In this document: positions 38,726 to 48,612 of the stretch, one piece after another
Layout: each line of letters starts with the position of its first letter
Numbering within the stretch: position 1 is the first letter of the stretch
Assembly: GCA_963678065.2 (NCBI GenBank)
Contig: CAXXVZ010000002.1
Span: 677,669 to 741,668 of the forward strand
From: Treponemataceae bacterium
GTDB taxonomy: Bacteria > Spirochaetota > Spirochaetia > Treponematales > Rectinemataceae
Direction of reading: 5' to 3'
Length of the DNA stretch: 64,000 nt
Made by a program: the position numbers and the translations under genes
The notes under the pieces: generated by a model
The model's input: only the letters and a program-made list of their open reading frames with translations
Database searches by the model: none
Told to the model about the DNA's origin: nothing

Positions 38726-40364
38726 GGCGGGCTCCTCCTCTCTGTCCGGCCCGATCGGCGGCGCGCCCCTGGCCCACGGCGGTGTTCTCGGCGGCGGCAT
38801 CCTCCGTAGCGGCATCCTCCGTAGCGGTATCTTCCGTAGCGGTATCTTCCGCAAGACCCAGCATGTACCTGCCGAGCAGCTCCCTGCCGAGATGTCCATC
38901 GTTGGGCAGATCGCAGACGATCCGCCCGCGGTACATGACCGAGACCCTGTCGGACAGCGCGAGGATCTCGTCGAGATTGGACGAGATGAGAAGTATGGCC
39001 GATCCCGCGTTCCGCGCCTCCACGATACGCTCGTAGATGAACTCCGTCGAGGCGATGTCGAGCCCCCATGTCGGATCGGAAAACAGGATGAAGGACGGCG
39101 GGGGCTGGGTGAGTTCCCGGGCCAGAATGACCTTCTGGATGTTGCCGCCCGACAATTCGCCTGCCGGCCGGGAGGGCTCGGCCTTGATGGAGAACCGCGC
39201 GATGGCGCCGCGCGTCTCCGAGAGCATTTTTTTGTCGTCCAGGAGACCGCGGGTGAAAAAATGCCTGCGGTCCAGGGCCATGAAATTGCCGGATACGGAA
39301 ATCCCTGTACAGGATCCGCGACGCATCCTGTCGGCGGGCACGTAGCCGATTCCCCTGCCGGACCTGGCGGGAAGGCGGCGCGCGGGCAGAGGCAGTCCCG
39401 CAAGAGTTATCTGACCCGATGTTGGTTTCCGGAACCCCCCGAGGAGGTCCTCGAGTTCTCCCGACCCGTTGCCGGTCACGCTGCAGACACCGAGGATTTC
39501 GCCGGGCCGTATGCCGAGCGACACCCTGTCGAGCAAGAGCCTCTCGCGGTTCCGGGACCCGAGGCTCACGTCCTTCATCGCGAGGACGGGCTCCCGACCC
39601 AAGGAGGGCGGACTGCCCCGTGCGAAGTCCGGGCATCGGGACGTGCCCATGATGAGGCAGGAGAGTCCATATTCATCCACGTCGGCCGTATTGAGGCGCT
39701 CCACCGTCCGTCCGCCGCGCATGACCGTCACCGTGTCGGAGATTTCCTTCACTTCCTTGACCTTGTGGGTGATGATGACGATGGTATGTCCGGAGGCGCG
39801 CAGCGCGCGCAGAGTGTCGAACAGGGCCCGTATCTCCTGCTCGGTCAGGACGGCCGTCGGCTCATCCAGTATGAGGATCTTCGCCTCGCGGTAGAGCAGC
39901 CTCACGATTTCGAGCTGCTGCCGTTCCCCGACCGTCAGCTCCGAGGCCCGCCGCTCGGGGTCGAGGCGGAAGCCGTGCCGGTCCATGGTGGCCTGCACGA
40001 CCCTCGACGCGGCCTTCGGGTCGAAGAGGAAGCCGGCCCGCTTCGGTTCGGCTCCGAGCACCACATTTTCGCTCACGGTAAAGTCATCGACGATCATGAA
40101 GTGCTGGTGCACCATCCCGATGCCCTGTCTGGCGGCCTCGGCAGGATTGCCGATGCGGACGACTTCGCCGTCCAGAACGATGCGGCCCGCGTCCGGCCTC
40201 TCCAGACCGTAGAGTATCCGCATCAGTGTCGTCTTGCCCGCGCCGTTCTCGCCCACGAGGGCATGGATCTCTCCCCTGGGGACACGGATCGACGCTCCGT
40301 CGTTGGCCAAGGTGTCGCTCGCGGGGTAGTACTTGGTGATGCCTTCCATCGACAGTCCGCTCAT
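38718..40364 (-). CDS. Nucleoside/sugar ABC transporter ATP-binding protein (two NBDs)
   Basis: GENGAGKTT, ILDEPT, LSGGNIQK. Confidence 0.93.
   Translation of the reverse strand: MSGLSMEGITKYYPASDTLANDGASIRVPRGEIHALVGENGAGKTTLMRILYGLERPDAGRIVLDGEVVRIGNPAEAARQGIGMVHQHFMIVDDFTVSENVVLGAEPKRAGFLFDPKAASRVVQATMDRHGFRLDPERRASELTVGERQQLEIVRLLYREAKILILDEPTAVLTEQEIRALFDTLRALRASGHTIVIITHKVKEVKEISDTVTVMRGGRTVERLNTADVDEYGLSCLIMGTSRCPDFARGSPPSLGREPVLAMKDVSLGSRNRERLLLDRVSLGIRPGEILGVCSVTGNGSGELEDLLGGFRKPTSGQITLAGLPLPARRLPARSGRGIGYVPADRMRRGSCTGISVSGNFMALDRRHFFTRGLLDDKKMLSETRGAIARFSIKAEPSRPAGELSGGNIQKVILARELTQPPPSFILFSDPTWGLDIASTEFIYERIVEARNAGSAILLISSNLDEILALSDRVSVMYRGRIVCDLPNDGHLGRELLGRYMLGLAEDTATEDTATEDAATEDAAAENTAVGQGRAADRAGQRGGARHG
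38794..38853. repeat. 15-bp in-frame tandem repeat x4 in the ABC ATPase C-terminal tail
   Basis: GCGGCATCCTCCGTA x2, GCGGTATCTTCCGTA, GCGGTATCTTCCGCA; encodes EDTAT/EDAAT units. Confidence 0.92.
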
Positions 40365-40436
40365 CGCTTTCCCTTCATGAATGGAGTTGCCGGGCACACC
40401 GGCCGACTCGGTCCGGGTGCCCGGCGGAGCCGGGGT

Positions 40437-41441
40437 TCAGAGCATCGGTACTCTGAACTGTAGCTTGCCCGACTTGATCTGGTCGATGACGGCCCCCACC
40501 TTGGCCCTGATCGCCGACGGGACGCCGTCGACATAGGAAGGGTGCTTGTCCAGGAACTCGATGTAGCCATCTTTCATCCCGACCACATCGGCGGTGCCGA
40601 AGGGAAGTGTCCCATCCACGGCGGCTTTCAGCTTGGTATAGGTCAGGCGTTCCTGGTGGAGGATCGTGCAGCCCAGGATGGTCTTCGGCGCCTTGGCGAA
40701 TTCGTCCCCGTCGAAGAATACGACATATTTTCCGGCTTCCTGCATCGTCTTGATAACGCCCTGGCTGGCGGAACCGCAGATGGGCAGAATGACGTCCACC
40801 CCGGTGGAAACCATGCTCCGGGAAAGCTCGGCGGCCTTGGTGGCGTCGAACCAGTTCCCGACGACGCGCGTGTCGAGCGTGAAGCCGGGATCGGCGGCCT
40901 TGAGACCCTGCTCGAAGCCGGGAGCAATCAGCTTGTCCATGACGGGATAGCGCTGCCCGATGACCATGCCCACCTTCTTGTCGGCATTGGCTCCGGGAAG
41001 CTGACTCATCGAGATGAGGCCCGCGAGATACCCGGTGACGTAACCCTGCTCGAGCTGGTTGTAGAGGACCGTGTACACGCTCGGGTTGCCCGCGAGCTGG
41101 CCGTCCACGCAGATGAATTTCTGTTTAGGGAAGGCGGGGGAAATTTTGTTGATGAGGTCGGGCATCGAGGGGTTGGAGGTGACGAGGTAGTCGTATTCGC
41201 CCGTCGCGACGAGGCTCGTGAGTTTTTCCTCCCACTCGGCCTGATTGAAGCCCGCCTCGTACACTTTCACCGAAGCCCCGGGAATCTCGGCGACAAGCTT
41301 CTCGACCCCCTTCGCCATTCCGTCGTAGATCGGACTTCCAGCCCGCGCTCCGGGAATGAAGACCGCGACCTTGGGAGCTTTCGCGAATGCCGGGACGGCG
41401 AGCGCAAGAACCGCGAGACTCAGAAGAATGAACCGTTTCAT
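40437..41441 (-). CDS. BMP-family (nucleoside-type) ABC substrate-binding protein
   Basis: Signal peptide, QGYVTGYLAG, GF.QGLK, GNWFD..KA.EL. Confidence 0.88.
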   Translation of the reverse strand: MKRFILLSLAVLALAVPAFAKAPKVAVFIPGARAGSPIYDGMAKGVEKLVAEIPGASVKVYEAGFNQAEWEEKLTSLVATGEYDYLVTSNPSMPDLINKISPAFPKQKFICVDGQLAGNPSVYTVLYNQLEQGYVTGYLAGLISMSQLPGANADKKVGMVIGQRYPVMDKLIAPGFEQGLKAADPGFTLDTRVVGNWFDATKAAELSRSMVSTGVDVILPICGSASQGVIKTMQEAGKYVVFFDGDEFAKAPKTILGCTILHQERLTYTKLKAAVDGTLPFGTADVVGMKDGYIEFLDKHPSYVDGVPSAIRAKVGAVIDQIKSGKLQFRVPML

Positions 41442-41575
41442 GATGCCTCCTTCTATAAACCTTCAGCGATTCGGTATTGACGTACGATAAAACCTCACGT
41501 AAGCTATACTCTACCATAGATTTTCGGATGCGCAAGATACAATTTGCGCGGCGCGACGGATTCCCCGGGGAAGTG

Positions 41576-42052
41576 ATGGACAAACAGGAAAAGATATACC
41601 GGATCGGAGACCTTGCCTCCATGTTCGGCCTCACCGTCAGAACGATACGGTACTACGAGGAACTCGGCCTTCTCAAGTCGAGCGACAGGAGCGAAGGGCT
41701 GCACAGGCGGTATCCGGAAAGAAACCTCGTGTACCTCAAGCGGATAAACCAGCTCAAAGGATACGGGCTCTCTCTGGGCGAGATCAAGGAGTTTTTCGCG
41801 CTGACTTCCTCCGACCGTACGGGAGAAGAATGTCGGCGCCTCCTCATCCGCAAGTACGCCGAGAAGATGGAAGACGAAAGGCGGATTATCGACGAAGCGG
41901 AAACCAGACTCCGCGAGCTGCAGTGGCATACGCGGCAGCTCGAAACCGTAGGGAATTTCTTCGAATGCCCGGGCAGCCAGTGTGTCATCTGCGAGTTCGG
42001 GAATTCGTGCGAAATGGGGCCGGGTGGACTCGCCCCCGAGGAGGAAACATGA
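41576..42052 (+). CDS. MerR-family regulator with a C-terminal four-Cys motif
   Basis: YRIGDLA..FGLTVRTIRYYEELGLL HTH; C-terminal CPGSQCVICEFGNSC. Confidence 0.9.
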   Translation: MDKQEKIYRIGDLASMFGLTVRTIRYYEELGLLKSSDRSEGLHRRYPERNLVYLKRINQLKGYGLSLGEIKEFFALTSSDRTGEECRRLLIRKYAEKMEDERRIIDEAETRLRELQWHTRQLETVGNFFECPGSQCVICEFGNSCEMGPGGLAPEEET

Positions 42053-43074
42053 GAGCGGCTGTACTCATCGCGCCGGAACGGCTCGAAATTCGGGATCTGC
42101 CGGAACCGATTCTCCAGGACGGGGAGATCCTCGTCAAGCTGAAGGCCTGCGGAATCTGCACCCTCGAACAGAGGCTCTACAAGGGCGCCATGAAAATGCC
42201 TCTGCCTGTCATTCCCGGCCACGAAGCCTCGGGCGAGATCGTCGCGATCGGTCCCGGCGTCGTGGGAGATTTCAAAGTCGGCGGACGCGTCGCCCTCGAT
42301 CTGGTCCTGCGCTGCGGAGAATGCTACTACTGCCGCATCGGCAAATCCAATCTCTGCGCCAACCGCTTCAAAAAAGGCCAGCGGGTGCTCGGGGGCTTCG
42401 CCGAGTACATCGCCGTCAGACCCAGCCAGGTCTTCCCCATTCCCGACACGCTGGAGTTCCGGGAGGCCGCCTTCTCCGAGCCGCTCGCGTGCTGCATCCA
42501 CTCGCTCAAGCGCCTCAAGGTGGCCATGACCGAGGACCTCCTCGTTTCGGGGGCGGGAGTCATGGGCCTCCTCCACCTCCTCGTCGCCCGATGCATGGGA
42601 CTGCGCACGACAGTCAGCGATCCCGATCCCGAACGCCGCGAAATGGCCACAAAACTGGGGGCGGACTTCGTGGTCGACCCAGTCGCGACCGACCTGCCCG
42701 CTTTTGCCCAGGAAGTGACGGGCGGACTCGGGTTCTCGTCCTGCGTGGTGACGAGCCCCGCCCATGTCGCCCTCGAATCGGCCATCGCGTCCATGGCTAG
42801 GGCGGCCAGGCTCAACATCTACACCTCCTACGAGGAAAAGATGACGATCCCGGTCGACGCCAACGTGATCCACCGACAGGAACTCCTCATCACGGGGACG
42901 GAAGGAAGGCTCGGCGAGGACTTCTTCCAGGCGGTCAGACTGCTCTCCTTCCGCAAGGTCGACGTCCTGCCCCTCATCAGTTCGACGACGACCTTCTCCA
43001 CTCTCGACGAGGGCATCCGGACCGCCCTCTCGGGGAAGGCATTCAGGGTCCTCCTCGAGCACGAAAAACCATGA
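42049..43074 (+). CDS. Zn-dependent (MDR) sugar-alcohol dehydrogenase
   Basis: GICTLE, GHE, CGECYYC...C, GAGVMG. Confidence 0.92.
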   Translation: MRAAVLIAPERLEIRDLPEPILQDGEILVKLKACGICTLEQRLYKGAMKMPLPVIPGHEASGEIVAIGPGVVGDFKVGGRVALDLVLRCGECYYCRIGKSNLCANRFKKGQRVLGGFAEYIAVRPSQVFPIPDTLEFREAAFSEPLACCIHSLKRLKVAMTEDLLVSGAGVMGLLHLLVARCMGLRTTVSDPDPERREMATKLGADFVVDPVATDLPAFAQEVTGGLGFSSCVVTSPAHVALESAIASMARAARLNIYTSYEEKMTIPVDANVIHRQELLITGTEGRLGEDFFQAVRLLSFRKVDVLPLISSTTTFSTLDEGIRTALSGKAFRVLLEHEKP

Positions 43075-44564
43075 TACTCGCCGTCGATATCGGCACGACC
43101 TCCGTCAAGGCCGCCCTCTTCGACCGCGCAGGCGCCTGCCTCGCCCTCGAATCGCGCACTCTCGAGCACCTGTGCTCGGACGATCCCGTCGTCCACGAGA
43201 TCGACGCGGAGGCCTGGACCAGGGCGCTCCTGACTCTCATCCCGGCCCTGACTGCGGCAGCCTCCGGCGCGGGGACGACGCGGGCTGGTGCCGGCGGCGG
43301 AAAGATCGAGTGCCTCGTCGTGAGCGGAAACGGCCCGACACTGGTCCCGGTCGGCGCCGACAGCAGGCCCCTTCACCCCGCCATAACCTGGATGGACAGG
43401 AGGGCCGTCGCGGAGGCCGCCGAGGCGGGGCTGGCCGCGGGAAGGTTTCTCGATCCCACCTACAACCTGCCCAAGGCCCTCTGGTTCAAGAACAAGAGGC
43501 CCGATATCTATGCCGCGGCCGCGCACTTCTCCTCCTGCCCCGAGTACATCTGCGGACGCCTCACGGGCGAATGGCGCAGCATCCTGCCGGCCGAGGGTTT
43601 CCAGCCCATTATCTGGGACCGCGACTCGATCCGCGCGCTCGGCCTGGACGGGGACAAATTTCCTCCTTTCATCAAGCCGGGGCAGACGGTGGGGCCCGTG
43701 ACCGGAGCCGCAGCCGCGGAATTCGGACTTCCGGCCGGCATCCCCGTCATCGCGGGAGGTCCCGACTTCACCATGTCCCTCGTCGGCACGGCGACGACCC
43801 GCCCCGGCAGGGCCTGCGACCGCGCGGGAACCTCCGAAGGAATCAACCTCTGCCACTCGGGCGGTTTTCCCGACGACTCCCGCCTCCTCCTCATGCCCCA
43901 CATCATCGAGCCCTACATCAATGTATCCGGAGCCATCTCGACGACGGGCCGGGCTGTATCCTGGTTCCGTTCGGCCTTCGGCGAGGGTGAAAAAGACTAC
44001 GAGGGCTTTTTCGAGCGGATCTGTCAGGTTCCGCCCGGCGCGAACCGCCTCATCTTCCTTCCTTATCTGAGCGGCGAACGCGCGCCGATCTGGAACCCCG
44101 AGGCCCGCGGCGTCTTCCTCGGACTGACGCTCAACCACGGGAAAGGCGAGATGGCGCGGGCAGTCGTCGAATCGACCGCTTTCGCCATGCGGGATGTCAT
44201 CGAAACCATGGAGTCCCTCGGGGGGGCGATTTCGGAGCTGCGCGTGACGGGCAACCCCGGCAGGAATCCTGTCTGGAACCAGATCAAGGCTGACATCACG
44301 GGCAGGCCCCTCGTCGTACCCCGTTTCGCCCACGCGGAACTTCTCGGCGACCTCTGCATTGCTCTTGTCGCCCTCGGTGACTACGCCGACGCCGCGACGG
44401 CGGCAGAAGAGCTCGTCGGAATGGGACGCGTCCACGAACCCGAGCCCTCCACGGCCGGGCTGTACGAGGATTTATTCTCCCTGTACAGGGAGAGCTACCG
44501 GGCGCTCAAACCGGTATTTTCAGGTCTCGCTGCCGCGCGCGCGGCGGGTTCAAAGGAGGATTGA
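43071..44564 (+). CDS. FGGY-family carbohydrate kinase (xylulokinase-like)
   Basis: AVDIGTTSVK, ITWMD.R, GGPD, LPYLSGERAP. Confidence 0.92.
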   Translation: MILAVDIGTTSVKAALFDRAGACLALESRTLEHLCSDDPVVHEIDAEAWTRALLTLIPALTAAASGAGTTRAGAGGGKIECLVVSGNGPTLVPVGADSRPLHPAITWMDRRAVAEAAEAGLAAGRFLDPTYNLPKALWFKNKRPDIYAAAAHFSSCPEYICGRLTGEWRSILPAEGFQPIIWDRDSIRALGLDGDKFPPFIKPGQTVGPVTGAAAAEFGLPAGIPVIAGGPDFTMSLVGTATTRPGRACDRAGTSEGINLCHSGGFPDDSRLLLMPHIIEPYINVSGAISTTGRAVSWFRSAFGEGEKDYEGFFERICQVPPGANRLIFLPYLSGERAPIWNPEARGVFLGLTLNHGKGEMARAVVESTAFAMRDVIETMESLGGAISELRVTGNPGRNPVWNQIKADITGRPLVVPRFAHAELLGDLCIALVALGDYADAATAAEELVGMGRVHEPEPSTAGLYEDLFSLYRESYRALKPVFSGLAAARAAGSKED

Positions 44565-44566
44565 CC

Positions 44567-45355
44567 ATGTACGGAAAAGAAATACGCATGAACAGGATTC
44601 TCGACAAAAAGGACGGGCGGACTGTCGTCGTCGCCATCGACCACGGCGGGATAGCCGGCCCCGTAAAAGGCATCGAGAGGCCCGCCACCGTGATCCGGGA
44701 CTGTGTGGCCGCCAAGGCGGACGCCATACTCGCCACGAGGGGCATCGTGCGCGCATCGCTCGGCGAGTGGGATCGGGGAACCTCCATCATTCTCAGGCTC
44801 ACCGGCGGATTCACGGTTCTCGGCGGCGGATTCGAGGAAGAGCTCATCTGTACGCCCGACACCGCGGCCACTTACGGCGCCGACTGTGTCGCCATGACGG
44901 TCAAGTTCGGGCACAAGCGGGAAGGGGACTTCACCCGACAGGCGAGCCTCGCCATCGGAGAGTGCGAGAGGCTCGGCATGCCGGTCATGATCGAGGCGAT
45001 GGCCAAGGCCGAAGGCAAGAAATCCAACGACCCCGAGAGCATAAAACTCGCCGCGCGCGCGGCCCAGGAGATCGGGGCGGACATCGTCAAGACCTACTAC
45101 ACCGGCGACCCGGACAGCTTCCGCGCGGTGGTCGAGGGCTGCCCCGTCCCCATCGTCATCCTCGGCGGCGAAAAGAACGACAGCCTCAGAAGCCTTTTCG
45201 AGGACGTGTACTGGTCGATCCAGGCCGGGGGCGCGGGAATCGCCATCGGCAGGAACATCTGGGGCCAGGACCGCACCCTCGCCATGATCGAGGCCATGAA
45301 TGGCCTTGTCCATTCCGCCTGGACCGTGGACCAGGCCCTCGCGCACGCCGGCTGA
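44567..45355 (+). CDS. Class I aldolase (DhnA family)
   Basis: AIDHG, EIGADIVKTYYTG, ILGG, GRNIW. Confidence 0.92.
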   Translation: MYGKEIRMNRILDKKDGRTVVVAIDHGGIAGPVKGIERPATVIRDCVAAKADAILATRGIVRASLGEWDRGTSIILRLTGGFTVLGGGFEEELICTPDTAATYGADCVAMTVKFGHKREGDFTRQASLAIGECERLGMPVMIEAMAKAEGKKSNDPESIKLAARAAQEIGADIVKTYYTGDPDSFRAVVEGCPVPIVILGGEKNDSLRSLFEDVYWSIQAGGAGIAIGRNIWGQDRTLAMIEAMNGLVHSAWTVDQALAHAG

Positions 45356-45374
45356 ACCGCATCCTTCATCTGAG

Positions 45375-45431
45375 CCGTATCGGAGAGGATGCTGAAAGGT
45401 CATGAACTTTTCACCATCCTCTCCGATGCGG
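45375..45431. terminator. Long hairpin between convergent genes (probable bidirectional terminator)
   Basis: CCGTATCGGAGAGGATG / CATCCTCTCCGATGCGG outer stem plus an inner TGAAAG/CTTTTCA stem. Confidence 0.6.
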
Positions 45432-45481
45432 ACAGGGCGATGAGCAGAGCCAGAATCATCTTCCTCATAACGATACCTCCA

Positions 45482-46942
45482 TCATGCTTTTCCCAAGGGC
45501 GACGCCCTCGTTAGATTCCTCCCGGTATTTTCCCGCGTTCTGACCGCGCACCGCGCCCCGGCGTAGGCCGGGCTTCGCGATCGTATGACCCGAGTGCAGG
45601 TCGCCTCGGCCTCTGCCGCCAGCTTCTCCTCGTCGATTCTGACGAGCCTTCCGTCGGCGTAGACAACCTTCCCGTTCACCATGGTGAGCCAGACCGGTCC
45701 CGTCACCCCGGCGCGGGCCAGGAGATTGGCGGGGTCGTGAGTCGCACCCGCGAATTCCAGCTTCTCCGTGTCGATCATGAAAAGGTCGGCGGCCTTGCCC
45801 GGCTCGAGCGATCCCAGATCCTTCCTTCCGAGAAGTTCCGCGCCGCCCGCCGTCGCGATCTTCAGCATTGCGTAGGGCGAGGGACTCGTCCCCCTCTCTT
45901 TGCTGTGGAAGGCCTGCATGAGGTAAGCCATGCGCAGGCTGTCGAGGAGGTTAGAGCTGTCGTTGGTGGCCGAGCCGTCGCATCCGAGGCCGAGCTTCAT
46001 CCCCGCCTTCGTCATGGCGGGGATGTCCAGGATGGGAAAGCCGCCAAGTATGGCCGGGGCGGGGCAGTGTGAAAGCCCGGTGCCGGTCGTGGCCATGACA
46101 CGGTATTCCTCCGGAGTGAGCTCCCAGCCATGGGCGTACCAGATATCCGGGCCGACAAAGCCGATATCTTCGCACCAGGCCAGGGTCCTCTTGCCCCAGC
46201 GCTCCAGCATCGGCGGATTCTCGCCCTCGCCCAGGTGCGTGTGGAGCCGCAGCCCCCGATCCCTGGCGAAGGCGAGAGATTCGACGAAGGTCTCGCGGCG
46301 GCAGTTGATGGGCTGGCAGGGCGACACGACCACATCGGTCATCGCGAAGGGTTTTCCCGAATGGTACAGCCCCGCAAGACGCTCGCAGTCGGCCAGAAAT
46401 TCGTCGGTCGTCTCGAGCATCTCGTCGGGAACCGTGCTCCCCTCGCTTTTGGGCAGCGTGTTGGCGCCGCGGCCCGCGTGGTAGCGGATGCCGAGGAGGG
46501 CGGCGGCCTCCATCTGCCTGTCGACGAGTTCGCGGCCCGCGTGCCTCGGGAAGCAGTACTGGTGGTCGAAGGCGCAGGTGCAGCCGTGCTTGACGAGATC
46601 CGCCATGGCGACGAGGGAAGAGTAATAGATGGAATCCGAATCGATCAGCTTGAAGATTTCGTAGATCTTCCCGATCCAGTCCATGACCGACAGGTTGGGA
46701 TAGTCGACGGTCATCAGGTTTCGCACGAAAGTCTGGAAGAAATGGTGATGCGTGTTCACGAGGCCCGGATAGACGAACTTTCCACTCGCATCCAGTATTT
46801 CGGCCCCGGACGGATCGAGGTTTTTCCCGATCGCGAGCACTGCCGGCCCTTGGATCAGAAGGTCGGCGTCGTGGAAGACAGTGTCGGAGGCGTCGCAGGC
46901 GACGATCGCCTGAGCGTTCCTGATGAGCGTTTTCTTTTCCAT
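45482..46942 (-). CDS. Amidohydrolase (8-oxoguanine deaminase / AtzB-like family)
   Basis: NTHHHFFQT, HTHLGE, AHG, GCDGSATND, GSLEPGKAADL. Confidence 0.88.
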   Translation of the reverse strand: MEKKTLIRNAQAIVACDASDTVFHDADLLIQGPAVLAIGKNLDPSGAEILDASGKFVYPGLVNTHHHFFQTFVRNLMTVDYPNLSVMDWIGKIYEIFKLIDSDSIYYSSLVAMADLVKHGCTCAFDHQYCFPRHAGRELVDRQMEAAALLGIRYHAGRGANTLPKSEGSTVPDEMLETTDEFLADCERLAGLYHSGKPFAMTDVVVSPCQPINCRRETFVESLAFARDRGLRLHTHLGEGENPPMLERWGKRTLAWCEDIGFVGPDIWYAHGWELTPEEYRVMATTGTGLSHCPAPAILGGFPILDIPAMTKAGMKLGLGCDGSATNDSSNLLDSLRMAYLMQAFHSKERGTSPSPYAMLKIATAGGAELLGRKDLGSLEPGKAADLFMIDTEKLEFAGATHDPANLLARAGVTGPVWLTMVNGKVVYADGRLVRIDEEKLAAEAEATCTRVIRSRSPAYAGARCAVRTRENTGRNLTRASPLGKA

Positions 46943-47401
46943 CGGCCTCCGGCTCCCTGCCGCGTTTTGGCTGATCGCAGTGTTCGAGCCGGAGTATATT
47001 ACCTCTAGTTACTATAGGAACAAGACTGTCTTGACAAATTTATGGAGAAAAATCCCGGTTTCAGCATTTTTACTGATTACTTCCGGCTGCCTGAATCAGC
47101 TTTGACCAGACGCGATCAGTCCACCCGCAATAACCTATCAAGAGGCTCTCGCGGCCAGAACCGTGATATCGGTCGGGCGGCAGTCTCGTTGTATATCTCC
47201 CCATGGTTGAAGTGCCACGTGGGATGTGCGCGACAGAGGAAGCCATCTTGTAGAGTTCAGGACTTTGGGCACTGTGTTGGCCTACAATACTGTCCTCCAG
47301 TCCTCCAGTAAAACATCAACCGGAATAATTATCCCGGCCCATATTTCAAATGTTCGGGCCGACGGAACTCATGCACTTTTCGTTCTCGTGGCACACTGGC
47401 C

Positions 47402-47620
47402 TGTATTGCCAACAGCGGACAAGCGTGACCTAAGCGGATCTCCTTTGAAAACAGAATGATTCAGCATAAACCGGCAGAGCCGTGTTGTCGATTTTTGAGT
47501 AGTGATGCACCTGATCGTAGAATATTCCGATGTACTCCCGGATTGCAGTCTTGGCTTCATCCCTGGTCTTGAACCTTCGATGACAGATCATTTCCTGTTT
47601 CAGGCAGCCCCAGAAGCTTT
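47402..47620 (-). mobile_element. IS3-family remnant: end of orfB plus right inverted repeat
   Basis: SFWGCLKQEMICHRRFKTRDEAKTAIREYIGIFY matches the IS3 integrase C-terminus; the end TGTATTGCCAACAGCGGAC at 47402 resembles the end at 47625. Confidence 0.8.
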
Positions 47621-47624
47621 ATTC

Positions 47625-48272
47625 TGTACTGCCTTCAATGGATACGGTCGTTTGTTACAGAGTGCCCGCAGGAATAACAGAAAGAAGACAGTACATTGAT
47701 GGGGTAAAGGCAGAAGCAGTGACGATGGTTGCAGAGCATGGGCTCTTGCTCAGAGAGGCGAGCCGACAATTGAGCATACTCAAGGGAACACTGGCAACGT
47801 AGGTTCGGCATGCAACATCCGAATTGTCATCGTGTTCGAGCTCCCCCGTGATGCCGAGTATAACGACCATGCTGACGGGAAATGCCAGGTTGTGCAAGGA
47901 ATTGAATGAGGACCAGATGGAGCGGGATATCTTGCAAAAAGCAACGGCGTACTTTGCCGGGGAGTCACTGCACGGTAAGCATTCATGAATAATCGACTTC
48001 AGTATCCCGCCAAACTCATGGCGAGAGTCATGAATGTGGCTCATTCCGGGTACTATGCGTGACCGACCGCAAGATTCGCGGGATAGTTCTCAAACCGCTG
48101 ATTCGGGAAGCTCATAAGCCGGAGAGAAAAACCTATGGTTCGATTCGCATCCAACGCGAACTGATGGCTCACAGTATCATGCAGGAAGAGATTGTATTAC
48201 CAGATTGCGGAATAAAATGGGCCTTACATGCATCCAGCACAAAAAGCTCATGGCAACGACGAATTCAAAACA
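47625..48272 (+). mobile_element. IS3-family remnant: left end, disrupted orfA and start of orfB
   Basis: TGTACTGCC end; KAEAVTMV...LSILKGTLAT(stop); MERDILQKATAYFA; RKTYGSIRIQREL; ATTNSKH; contains stops and frameshifts. Confidence 0.85.
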
Positions 48273-48612
48273 CGGACTCCGGCTGGAGCACAGAACACAG
48301 CTTTGTCCGAATGTCGCATTGGGCGCGGAGTGGCAGTGTTCCGGGAAAAGTCGAATCCTTCTTTTTACACTTAGTTAAGCTGCGTTCATTGATGTCTGAG
48401 ATCAAAAAGCTTACGATGAAGACACAGTGTTCGGATCAATCATCAAATCAGACTTTGAACTTCGGGAGAAAGTATTTTGTAGTTTGAAGGACAAGTAAAG
48501 CTTGTTGATGATAGAATTATACTGAACTGTATTACAATAAATGCCTGGGGAAAATGTGTAATGTGCACTTACCAAAGTTTATGCGCAATGATATCCGGTG
48601 GGAGGCTTGTTG

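Noticed and set aside
33841..44564. AI-2 (lsr) quorum-sensing operon, suggested by LsrR-, LsrF- and LsrK-family members
   Set aside because: The transporter is BMP-type rather than LsrB-type, no LsrG is seen, and these families are broad.
45482..46942. Atrazine-degradation gene atzB
   Set aside because: Family resemblance only; no other atz genes, and most members act on purine-like substrates.
47060..47400. Possible gene remnant at the left edge of the island
   Set aside because: The frames I translated are short or interrupted and I could not recognise a family.
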